Positions 16,744-25,042 of a stretch of 64,000 nucleotides of DNA are shown in pieces. Each line of letters begins with the position of its first letter. Position 1 is the stretch's first letter. Position numbers and translations under genes: made by a program. The notes beneath the pieces are model-generated. The model saw nothing but the letters and a program-made list of their open reading frames with translations. It had not been told where the DNA came from and did not search any database. Where the stretch lies: assembly GCF_938045625.1 (NCBI RefSeq), contig NZ_CALIAV010000055.1:628-64627 (forward strand), given 5' to 3'. This DNA is from an uncultured Campylobacter sp. Lineage in GTDB: Bacteria > Campylobacterota > Campylobacteria > Campylobacterales > Campylobacteraceae.

Positions 16744-17991
16744 ATGCAAAGTAGCGTAAAATGCGGTAACTGCGGCGCCGAGGTCGATGTAAATTTGGCT
16801 CTAAAAACCGAGCTTGAGCTTGAAATGAAGCAAAAAATGGCGGCGGCTAGACGAGAGTTTGATAAAGAGATCGAGATTAAGAGGGCTGAATACAAGGCGC
16901 ATTTAGATGCTTTAAACGCGAAGGAGAAAGAATTCGACGCTAAATTTGCCGCAGCCATAAACGCTAAAAAAACCGAGCTTGAAAACGAAATAAAAACAAA
17001 GCTCGAGGGCGAAAATTTAAACATAGTAAATGCCCTAAAAAACGAGCTTGAAGCAAAGTCAAAGCAGATAAACGAGCTAAATTTAAAGACGCTTGAGATA
17101 GAAAAACTAAAACGAGAAAAGAGCGAGTTTGAAAGCGCGCTGATGGCTAAAACCGAGGCCGAGCTAAGCAAACGCCTAAACGAGGAAAAAGAGCGGCTGG
17201 GCAAGGCTCTAGCCGAGCAAAACGAGCTAAAATTTAAGCAAAAAGACGAGCAGCTAGAAGCGCTAAAAAAGCAGCTAAACGAGGCGCAAAGGCGCATAGA
17301 GCAGGGTAGCGAGCAACTACAAGGCGAGACGCAAGAGCTCGCCATCGAGGCGTGGCTACGGGAGAAGTTCGTATTTGACACCATAGACGAGGTCAAAAAG
17401 GGCGCAAACGGCGCGGACGTGATGCAGATCGTAAATACCCGCGAGGCGCAAAACTGCGGCAAAATCTACTACGAGAGCAAACGCACGAAAAATTTTTCAA
17501 ACGAATGGATAGAAAAATTTAAGGCCGATATGCGCGCATCAGGCGCTGACGTCGGAGTGCTAGTTAGCGAGGCTCGGCCGCGGGAGCTAGAGCGCATGGG
17601 GCTGGTTGATGGCGTATGGGTGTGCAACTACGAGGAGTTTAAGGCGCTTTGTTTCGTGCTAAGGCAGGGCGTCGTAGAGCTAAATTTCGCTAGGAACTCC
17701 GCGCAAAATCGCTCAAACAAGATGGAGATGCTCTACTCGTATCTCGTCAGCAATGAGTTTAAGATGCGTATTGAGGCCATCGTGGAGGGTTTTTCTGCGA
17801 TGAGCGAGGAGCTAGAGCGCGAGAAAAACGCTATGAAACGCATCTGGAAGAGCCGCGAAAAGCAGATCGAAAAGGTGCGCGACAACGCGATCGAGATGTT
17901 TGGCTCAATAAAGGGGATAGCGGGAAATGCGATAGGGGAGATAAAGACGCTGGAGTTGGGGTTTGATGCGGGAGATTTTGATTCCCCATAA
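16744..17991 (+). CDS. DUF2130-type protein: N-terminal CxxC, long coiled coil, C-terminal PD-(D/E)xK-like core
   Basis: 415 aa. CGNCG at the N-terminus, about 190 aa of K/E/L-rich heptad-like sequence, then GADV ... YYESKRT. The ATG directly abuts the putP TAA. Confidence 0.7.
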   Translation: MQSSVKCGNCGAEVDVNLALKTELELEMKQKMAAARREFDKEIEIKRAEYKAHLDALNAKEKEFDAKFAAAINAKKTELENEIKTKLEGENLNIVNALKNELEAKSKQINELNLKTLEIEKLKREKSEFESALMAKTEAELSKRLNEEKERLGKALAEQNELKFKQKDEQLEALKKQLNEAQRRIEQGSEQLQGETQELAIEAWLREKFVFDTIDEVKKGANGADVMQIVNTREAQNCGKIYYESKRTKNFSNEWIEKFKADMRASGADVGVLVSEARPRELERMGLVDGVWVCNYEEFKALCFVLRQGVVELNFARNSAQNRSNKMEMLYSYLVSNEFKMRIEAIVEGFSAMSEELEREKNAMKRIWKSREKQIEKVRDNAIEMFGSIKGIAGNAIGEIKTLELGFDAGDFDSP

Positions 17992-18243
17992 ACGGTGGAT
18001 TTTAGAATAAATTTTTCTGCGCCCCTGCAGTCACGCACGACTAGTCCGCTCCTTTGCGGGCAAGAAAAATTTACTTAAACTACGCCTATTCTGTCTGGAA
18101 TATTTGTCTCATATATTCCTAAATTTGTAAATTTTATCTGCCAAGACCCGTATTTTTAAGGCGCTAAATTTGGTTTTCAAATTTGACGCTATGTGTTAAA
18201 TTTCTTAAAAACAAAAATGATTGTCTACGGTTATCTTGTTTCT

Positions 18244-18648
18244 TTGTTAAGGGGGAAGGGGCTTGAATTACGCTCTGCTAGCAGTTGCGAGGCAAAGCCG
18301 AAGCAAAAGAGCTCCCTTCCTCCTTAACAATCCCCCAACCCCTACGACGTGAGAGGTGGCGACATAGCTTTGCTGACGCAAAGCGTCGTTAGGTTTTTAA
18401 ATTCGCAAATTTGCGTCTGCTATAAATTAAAAAGATGTGTAGCGCGTAAGCGCCAAATCTAGACCTACACGCAGTGCAGCAACTTCTAACGTGCAGTGGG
18501 GCTGGAGAGGGCTTTGGAGAGGAAGGGGCGACGCTTCGTAAGTAGAACCCCTTCCTCTCCAAAAGAAAGGAAAAATTGGAAATAAAAATGGGGCTCTTTT
18601 GCATCGTTACACTCACAACTGCGAAGCAAAGCGTAGTTTAAAACCCCT
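18244..18648. repeat. Noncoding element made of nested inverted repeats and hairpins (MITE-like, or a structured RNA)
   Basis: 18258-18316 is about 75 percent identical by eye to the reverse complement of 18590-18648. 18244-18262 pairs with 18311-18330. No protein-like ORF. Confidence 0.6.
18516..18560. repeat. Perfect 13-bp G/A-rich hairpin inside the element
   Basis: ggagaggaagggg (18516-18528) and ccccttcctctcc (18548-18560) with a 19-nt loop. No U-run on either strand. Confidence 0.85.
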
Positions 18649-18748
18649 CAACATAAAAGCAAAACAGCATCAAATTTAGCTAACTCAAATTTTACGTCTT
18701 AAAGATGCGGGGCTAGGCGAGTAAAATTTTTCAAGTTTTCTCTCAAAT

Positions 18749-19613
18749 TTAGCTCGCATCGACATAAATTTGATATTTGCCGCAGCGGGCGCAACGAAAC
18801 AGATAGCCCGCCATATCGCCTCCTGCGACTAGGTAGTCACGCACGTCCTCTACTGCAAATTCCCCGCGCAAGGCGTAGTCTGCAAACACCCCCTCCGCTA
18901 TGCCCATCTCCTGCAGCTCCTTCGTGCCCACATCGCCCAAAAACTCGCAGTAATCGTCGCAACACGTGAGCCAATGCGCCCCCTGTCAGCTAAAATACCC
19001 CGGCGTCCTTTGAAACAACTCCTCGGTTTTGCCATGCGCGTCCGCAGCGCCGTCCGGCAGAGGGTCGGCGTCCTGGATGAAGCCGGCGTCAAATTTCGCC
19101 GCAGCCGCGCCGCTAGCGATGCAGTGCGGACAGAGGTAGTTCACGTCCTCCACACTGTAAACGCTACCGCAATAATACACGTCAGTCGCCTGCTCGCAGC
19201 ATTCGCAAACCACGCTCACATCGTCCTTGAATACGCCTGTTTTGAAGGGATCCGGGTGGTAGCGAAAATGAGGCAGGCTTTTTAGTTTTCTACTTTGGTG
19301 CGCCGCCTCGCTAGCGGTTTTAGGGCGCTTTATCGCTCCCGCGTCGCCGTTTTGCGCATACTGCTTTAGATAGCCGAGCTTTTTGAGTTGCTTTTTGTCC
19401 TTCGGATCGCAAATTTTGGCTAAAAGCTCGCAAGCGCTCTTTTTAAGCCCTAGTAGCTCATAAACGTCCACGAGCACGAGCTTTGCCTCTTTTTTATCGC
19501 ATTTTTCGAGCTCGTCTTTGAACTCGTACAGCGCCAAAATACTCGCCGCGCCGCCGTCTGAATCCCAAAAACGCCTTTTGAAGCGCGATATATTTTTCTC
19601 TAAGCTTATCCAT
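18749..19613 (-). pseudogene. CbrC (UPF0167) family gene interrupted by an in-frame TGA, with a possible extra 5' frameshift
   Basis: ORFs 19537..18986 and 18940..18749 share one frame. The TGA at 18988..18986 sits where the family has Trp (TPGYFS-stop-QGAHWLTCCDDYCEF). HFRYHPDPFKTG and the CxxC pairs are typical of CbrC. Confidence 0.65.
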
Positions 19614-19694
19614 TTTCTCCCCTCAAATTTGCGGTTGCGGGTGGGATTATCCTTTAAATTTTACTGAGCGGGCATGCTATTTTTGGATCAAATT

Positions 19695-20111
19695 TTACTC
19701 AGCGCAGATTGCTTTTAGCTTTGCTAAATCTAAGATCAAACTATGCGAAAACGCGTCTATCACGACTCCGGCGTATTTGCCATCAGCGCTTTCTAGCATC
19801 GCGGCGTAGTCTTTTAGGCGCAGATTTATCGCCTCCTGTTCGGCGTCGTTTCGCCATCTCATCATCTCTGCTCTGCTGGAAAATGCCGGGAAATAGCTAA
19901 GCCCGCTCCCCTCGTCTTCTAATAGGACAAATTTGATATTTGAGCCCTCTTCTTCGTAAACCGCGCTACCATCGGGTTTTGCTAGGGCTTGGTTTATGAG
20001 CACGGGGGCTAAAAACTCTGCTTTTTTTAGCGCTGCTATTAGCGCCTTTTCGCTCTGCTCGCCGCCGTCTAGTAAAAACGCGTCTATGAAATCACTTAAA
20101 TTTTCGTTCAT
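19695..20111 (-). CDS. SseB-family protein (single domain)
   Basis: 138 aa. AEFLAPV, FVLLEDEGSGLSYFPAFSSRAEM and GVVIDAFS resemble the SseB N-terminal domain. Confidence 0.5.
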   Translation of the reverse strand: MNENLSDFIDAFLLDGGEQSEKALIAALKKAEFLAPVLINQALAKPDGSAVYEEEGSNIKFVLLEDEGSGLSYFPAFSSRAEMMRWRNDAEQEAINLRLKDYAAMLESADGKYAGVVIDAFSHSLILDLAKLKAICAE

Positions 20112-20191
20112 CTTTTGCCTTGGATTAAATTTGGCATATTATACATTTTTGCGTTTTTAAATCAAAATTTAGCAGTAAATAAGCTTTGCGT

Positions 20192-20200
20192 TGCTATAAT
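20192..20200 (+). promoter_or_regulatory. Extended -10 promoter element TGCTATAAT upstream of the tRNA
   Basis: TGnTATAAT lies 21 nt upstream of the mature tRNA 5' end. Confidence 0.5.
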
Positions 20201-20221
20201 CACAACCTCACTTCAGCTGGC

Positions 20222-20298
20222 GGGTTCATAGCTCAGTTGGTTAGAGCATCCGGCTCATAACCGGATGGTCCCAGGTTCGAGTCCTGGTGAACCCACCA
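20222..20298 (+). tRNA. tRNA with CAU anticodon (elongator Met, or Ile2 if lysidine-modified), encoded CCA
   Basis: Hand-folded cloverleaf. Acceptor GGGTTCA/TGAACCC, D stem GCTC/GAGC, anticodon stem TCCGG/CCGGA with loop CTCATAA, T stem CCAGG/CCTGG with TTCGAGT, then ACCA. G1-C72 argues against an initiator. Confidence 0.9.
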
Positions 20299-20544
20299 CT
20301 TCAATTCATCTTTATCAAATACTTTAAAGTACATCGTCTGATTATATTATAAGTTTGTTCGGTACATATAAAACATTTTTAGGTTTGTGCTTGCACGATC
20401 GGGGCAGGCTGTCAAAAAACGTCGCTAATAAAGTGACCTAACAACAAATGCGGTTAATATTTAAAAACTTCAAATTCTATTTGGGATTTGATTGAAAATT
20501 ATTTCAATCAAAATTCACGTATGTATTTAGTAAAGTTTTTATGT

Positions 20545-21651
20545 TTAAATTTTAAATTTAACCAACCTATACGTCGGATCAAACCTAAACGCAAGCAAAT
20601 TTTGCAAAATCCCAAAAAGGCACATAAAAGTAACGAAGCTACTGCCACCGTAGCTGTAAAACGGCAGCGGAATGCCCACCACAGGCGCAAAGCCGATCGT
20701 CATCATGATATTTATACTCACGTAGATAAAGATAAGTATCCCGATCCCCGACGCCATCGTCTGCGTAAAATAATCATCCTTTAGCCCGTAGTTTAGGCTG
20801 AGCAGATGAGCTATCAGCGCGCCGTAAAAACTAAGTAGCGCGAGCCCTCCGTAAAATCCGTATCGCTCTATCGTGTACGCGAAAATAAAATCGCTAGTAG
20901 AAATCGGCAAAAATTTAAAGTGCGTCTGCGTAGCTTCGTCTTTTGGCTTGCCCTTTAGTCCGCCGCTACCGATAGCGATGATACTCTGGCGCACGTGATA
21001 GTTGGACTCTTCGCTTAAAAAATCGGTAATACGCTTTTTTTGATAATCGTGTAAATTTTCGTAGATCACAGGCGCAGAGAGCAAAACCCCGGCAAATATT
21101 ACGACCCAAATTTTTTTATTTACTCCGATGATAAAAAGCACGGCGTAGCCCACGATAAGCAGTATCAGCGCGGTGCCCAGATCGGGCTCTTTTAAAATCA
21201 GCACGAAAGGCAAAAGGATATAAAGGCTAAGACGTAAAAAGTCCTTGAGACCGTAGCCGTTTTCTTCTGGCGGGCGCTGTTTGATGAGGTAGCCTAACAT
21301 CAAAAGAAGCGCCGGCTTCATGATCTCTGAGGGCTGAAGCGTAAAGTGGATAAAAGGAAACTCGAGCCATCTTTTTGCGCCCAGTTTACTGGTGCCAAAC
21401 AAATCTACGCTAATAAGCAACACGATACAAATCCAGTAAAATAGCGGTATGAGCCAGGCGATCTTGCGAATGGGAAGCAAAAAGAAAAATAAAAACAATG
21501 CTAAACCGACGCCAAAATATACAAGCTGCTTGCCAGCCAGGATAGAATTTGCCTCAGAAACCAAAATGTATGATAAAATAATAATAGGAAGTATCAAAAA
21601 CGGCTGAACGAAGTCAAAATGGGTTAAAATTCGCCTATCGAGTCTTATCAA
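20545..21651 (-). CDS. rodA: Rod shape-determining SEDS protein RodA
   Basis: 368 aa, FtsW/RodA/SpoVE family. FTLQPSEIMKPALLL and LPISTSDFIFA motifs. Confidence 0.85.
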   Translation of the reverse strand: MIRLDRRILTHFDFVQPFLILPIIILSYILVSEANSILAGKQLVYFGVGLALFLFFFLLPIRKIAWLIPLFYWICIVLLISVDLFGTSKLGAKRWLEFPFIHFTLQPSEIMKPALLLMLGYLIKQRPPEENGYGLKDFLRLSLYILLPFVLILKEPDLGTALILLIVGYAVLFIIGVNKKIWVVIFAGVLLSAPVIYENLHDYQKKRITDFLSEESNYHVRQSIIAIGSGGLKGKPKDEATQTHFKFLPISTSDFIFAYTIERYGFYGGLALLSFYGALIAHLLSLNYGLKDDYFTQTMASGIGILIFIYVSINIMMTIGFAPVVGIPLPFYSYGGSSFVTFMCLFGILQNLLAFRFDPTYRLVKFKI

Positions 21652-21703
21652 AAATTTGCCTTTTTTGAGCGATTATAGCATTTTAAAGGAAACAAATCTA
21701 AAA

Positions 21704-22720
21704 ATGACGGAAAAAGAGATCAAAATTTTAGACGGCGTGCAGACGAGGGCGGATGCGTTTTTGGCCGCTGAGCTAAACGTCGCTAGAAATCAAGCGCTAA
21801 ATTTGATAAAAAGCGGGTCGGTTAGCCTAAACGGCAAGCCGCTAAACAAGCCTTCCGTAAAGCTAAATTTGGGCGATGTTTTGAGGATCAAATTTGAGCA
21901 AAGCGAGCCTGATACGACTAAATTTGAAGCGGAATTTGAAGTGCCGATCATCTACGAGGATGAGGATTTGCTCGTGCTAAATAAACCGGCAAATTTAGTC
22001 GTCCATCCCGCTCCTAGCGTCAAGGAGCCCACGCTTGTGGACTGGCTGGGAGCAAAGGGATTTTTGCTGTCAAATTTAAGCGGGCAAAGTAGGGCGGGCA
22101 TCGTGCACAGGCTAGATAAAGGCACTAGCGGAGCTATCGTCGTGGCTAAAAATAACGCCGCTCACGCCGCGCTCTCAAAACAGCTAAGCGACAAAAGCAT
22201 GGGGCGCATATATCTAGCGCTAACCGATATGCCGCTCAAGCAAAACTGCATCGTCGAGCGAGCTATCGGACGAAACCCCGCTAACCGCCTAAAAAAGGCG
22301 ATCGTTTCGGACGGCCGCGCGGCAAAAAGCGCCTTTGCGAATTTACTTTTTAGCGAATTTGACGGCCCCGTGCGGGACAAAAACGCGGGCGTAAATTTGA
22401 TCGCGGCAAAGCTTTTTACAGGCAGGACTCATCAGATCAGAGTGCATCTAGCTAGCCTAAACCGCCATATTTTGGGCGATGCTTTATACGGTTTTAAGAG
22501 CGAAAAGGATAAAATCGGCCGAGTAATGCTTCACGCCTACGGGCTATATTTCACGCATCCGCGCACGGGCGAGCAAATGAGCTTCGTAGCGCCAGTCTGG
22601 GATGATTTTAGTGAAATTTTACTTAGCAAATTTAGCAAGGAGAATATAGATGAAAAGATTGATTTTATGGGGCTTAGCGAGCTCTTTAGCCATTGTGATG
22701 AGTGGATGCGTATCCTCTAG
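21704..22720 (+). CDS. rluD: RluA-family 23S rRNA pseudouridine synthase with an S4 domain (RluD-like)
   Basis: GIVHRLDKGTSGAIVVAK catalytic motif, FTGRTHQIRVHLAS, N-terminal S4-like segment. I chose the ATG at 21704, which has an AAGGAAA upstream. Confidence 0.8.
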   Translation: MTEKEIKILDGVQTRADAFLAAELNVARNQALNLIKSGSVSLNGKPLNKPSVKLNLGDVLRIKFEQSEPDTTKFEAEFEVPIIYEDEDLLVLNKPANLVVHPAPSVKEPTLVDWLGAKGFLLSNLSGQSRAGIVHRLDKGTSGAIVVAKNNAAHAALSKQLSDKSMGRIYLALTDMPLKQNCIVERAIGRNPANRLKKAIVSDGRAAKSAFANLLFSEFDGPVRDKNAGVNLIAAKLFTGRTHQIRVHLASLNRHILGDALYGFKSEKDKIGRVMLHAYGLYFTHPRTGEQMSFVAPVWDDFSEILLSKFSKENIDEKIDFMGLSELFSHCDEWMRIL

Positions 22721-23867
22721 CGGCCCTGCGCAAGTAAATCCGAATTTGCCGACCGTCCAGAGCCTAAAAACCATCAGCGATATGACCGAAGTTGGCTTTG
22801 AGTGGACGCCGACTCCGACATCAAACGTCGCGGGCTACTATCTATACCGCTCAAATCCAAACGAAAATAACGGCAAAATGAAGGTCGTAGCCGACATAAA
22901 AGACCGCTTTGCCAGCCACTACGTGGACGCAAATTTAGCTCCGGAGACAACATATACCTACGAGATGAGAACGTACAACGTGAGCAAGCAAATTTCAGGC
23001 CCAGGCATGATCGTTAGCGCCACTACTAAGGCGCTTATGGATTCCGTGCCTTTTGTTAGAGCGCTTACGAATTTACCCGAGCGCGTGAAACTCATCTGGA
23101 GACCTCATCCAGACCTTCGCGTGGCGTCTTACGTCGTCGAAAAAGCCGATATAAATAAAGAAAACTGGAGGCAAATCGCCGAGGTAAAAGGCAGACTAAA
23201 CGCCGAATATATCGATGATGATGTGAAGCCTGGCAGAAGCTACAAATATAGAGTTTTCGTAAAAACTACCAGTGGAACGATCTCAAAACCTAGCGAGATC
23301 GTGGACTCTACGACAAAGCAGCTACCAAGCGAGGTCGTAAATGCGCAGGCTACTAAAGACGTGCCTAAAAAGATTATTTTGACGTGGGATAGCGTGGCTA
23401 GCGACGACTTTGGCTACTATAAAATTTACAGCGCGTCAAGCAAATTTATGCCGTATACATACCTAGTGAAAACCACGTCTAATAGCTACGAGGATCTCAT
23501 AAACGAAAACGGCGCGACTAGGTACTATAAAATCACCATCGTCGATAAAGACGGCTTAGAGTCTAAAAAGCCTAGCGAGCCTATCATCGGTATGACGCTA
23601 GGAGCTATCGACGCGCCGGTCGTATCCTCTATCGTGGCCGACAGCACGGCGGTTAAGCTAGCGTGGAATGCCTCTGATAAGGCTAGAAGCTTTACTGTTA
23701 TAAGAGACGGCGGCGGAAGCGAGCAGAAATTTACAAATATAACGGGCAATGAATTTGTCGATAATAGCGTTGCTTACGGGCAAAAATATAGCTACAAAGT
23801 TATCGCCGTGGATGAATACGGCATAAGCTCCGACGCTTCTGCTAAAGCCGAGATAGCCGTCGAATAA
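22650..23867 (+). CDS. flpA: Fibronectin type III domain lipoprotein (FlpA-like adhesin)
   Basis: Lipobox VMSGC. Repeated FN3-like units (W.P....V.GY.[LI]YR/...Y.Y.V). The position between rluD and trmB matches C. jejuni flpA as I remember it. Confidence 0.7.
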   Translation: MKRLILWGLASSLAIVMSGCVSSSGPAQVNPNLPTVQSLKTISDMTEVGFEWTPTPTSNVAGYYLYRSNPNENNGKMKVVADIKDRFASHYVDANLAPETTYTYEMRTYNVSKQISGPGMIVSATTKALMDSVPFVRALTNLPERVKLIWRPHPDLRVASYVVEKADINKENWRQIAEVKGRLNAEYIDDDVKPGRSYKYRVFVKTTSGTISKPSEIVDSTTKQLPSEVVNAQATKDVPKKIILTWDSVASDDFGYYKIYSASSKFMPYTYLVKTTSNSYEDLINENGATRYYKITIVDKDGLESKKPSEPIIGMTLGAIDAPVVSSIVADSTAVKLAWNASDKARSFTVIRDGGGSEQKFTNITGNEFVDNSVAYGQKYSYKVIAVDEYGISSDASAKAEIAVE

Positions 23868-25042
23868 TGCCCAATTTTATAGCTAAAAACGTAAATTTTA
23901 CTCCAAAAGAGTGCGGCGAGATAAGCTTTTTGTGGGAGGCTCACGGCAGACAGGGCGTTAGTCTCGTTTATACAAAAAGCTCTAGCGAGGAGTTTTTTAT
24001 CACGCTAAAAAAGCGCGAAAACGACTGGGTCGTAAAGGGCGAAAAGCTAACGAAGCCTGCGAAAATAGGGCTTTTGCAAAATGCTTTGGTGAAATTTAAA
24101 GAGCTTTATTGCGATCAAATTTTAAGCGAAGCTATCGCGGTAAAAAATACGCGCCTCACTCAAAAAGACTCAGCTATTTTTAGCGTGAGCGAGTTGCTTG
24201 AAAATTTAAATCAGAGTGAATTTGAGAGCAAATTTATCGAGATCGGATTTGGATCGGGCAGACACTTGCTATTTCAGGCTGAAAACAACCCAAATACGCT
24301 AGTTATTGGCATCGAGGTCTACAAGCCCTCGCTCGAGCAGGTAGCCAAGCTGGCAAAAGCCAAAAATCTAAACAACATCATGCTCGTAAACTGCGACGCG
24401 AGGCTACTTTTATCGCTTGTGGAGTCAAATTTTATAGATAAAATTTTCCTTCATTTTCCAGTGCCTTGGGACGACGCTCCTCATAGGCGTGTGGCGTCGG
24501 CTAAATTTGCCCTGGAGTGCGAGCGAACTCTAAAAGTAGGCGGCAAATTTGAGCTGCGAACCGATAGCCGCGAGTATGCGGACTTTACTTTGACTCAAAT
24601 TTTAAATTTGAGCGACGCCGACGTGCAAATTTATAAAAACCGCGATCTAAAAGTAAGTAGCAAATATGAAGACCGCTGGAAAAGGCACCAAAAAGATATT
24701 TACGACGTTATCTTTACCTGCGAAAAGCAAAGCGAACCAAGAGCTGATCAGGGCGAGCTAAAATTTGAAAACGGCTACGACGCGAGCAAGGTCGCGGCTA
24801 AATTTAGCAACCAAACGATAAAAGAAGATGATTTTTTCTTGCATTTGGAAGAAAAATACGAAAAAGACGGCGAAATTTTGATTCGCACCGCGTTTGGCGC
24901 ATTTAACGCGCCCGAGCACTGCTATGTTTTGCTCGGCGAAAAAGGCGCGGAATATTTTATAAAAAAGCCGCTCGTTACGGCTGAAAATTTAAAGGCGCAT
25001 CTTGCGTTGAAGGAGTATTTGGCGGATGCAAAAAATAATTAG
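23867..25042 (+). CDS. trmB: tRNA (guanine-N7)-methyltransferase, long form
   Basis: IEIGFGSGRHL SAM motif and FLHFPVPW. 391 aa with N- and C-terminal extensions. TAATG junction with flpA. Confidence 0.8.
   Translation: MPNFIAKNVNFTPKECGEISFLWEAHGRQGVSLVYTKSSSEEFFITLKKRENDWVVKGEKLTKPAKIGLLQNALVKFKELYCDQILSEAIAVKNTRLTQKDSAIFSVSELLENLNQSEFESKFIEIGFGSGRHLLFQAENNPNTLVIGIEVYKPSLEQVAKLAKAKNLNNIMLVNCDARLLLSLVESNFIDKIFLHFPVPWDDAPHRRVASAKFALECERTLKVGGKFELRTDSREYADFTLTQILNLSDADVQIYKNRDLKVSSKYEDRWKRHQKDIYDVIFTCEKQSEPRADQGELKFENGYDASKVAAKFSNQTIKEDDFFLHLEEKYEKDGEILIRTAFGAFNAPEHCYVLLGEKGAEYFIKKPLVTAENLKAHLALKEYLADAKNN

Noticed and set aside
16656-17462. 268-aa ORF on the minus strand, S/F/C-rich.
   Set aside because: It is the antisense reading of the K/E/L-rich coiled coil of the DUF2130 gene. 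Its low-complexity composition is an artefact of the opposite strand, and it has no start context.
18389-18616. 75-aa minus-strand ORF inside the inverted-repeat element.
   Set aside because: It spans hairpin arms and has a proline/serine/cysteine-rich composition. It has no ribosome-binding site, so it is most likely a chance ORF.
18244-18660. Whether the structured region is a known housekeeping RNA (tmRNA, RNase P RNA, SRP/4.5S RNA or 6S RNA).
   Set aside because: I could not find the conserved cores I know: GGGGCUGAUUCUGGAUUCGAC, a tRNA-like 3' end, GAGGAAAGUCCGGGC, or the GGAAGCAGCC SRP domain IV motif. 6S RNA cannot be excluded by eye but has no support either.
18986-18988. The in-frame TGA in the CbrC gene as a selenocysteine or programmed read-through codon.
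   Set aside because: The codon aligns with a conserved Trp, which a single TGG-to-TGA change explains. I see no SECIS-like hairpin immediately downstream. The gene also seems to carry a second lesion. A pseudogene is the simpler reading.
20490-20509. The palindrome gattgaaa-atta-tttcaatc as the rodA terminator.
   Set aside because: The stem is entirely AT-rich and has no U-run on either strand. It is noted under the tRNA-spacer finding but not annotated as a terminator.
20222-20544. A genomic island integrated at the tRNA(CAU) gene.
   Set aside because: There is no integrase and no duplicated tRNA 3' segment in the window, and the next gene (rodA) is core. Only the odd composition of the spacer remains, and I report that as a low-interest finding.
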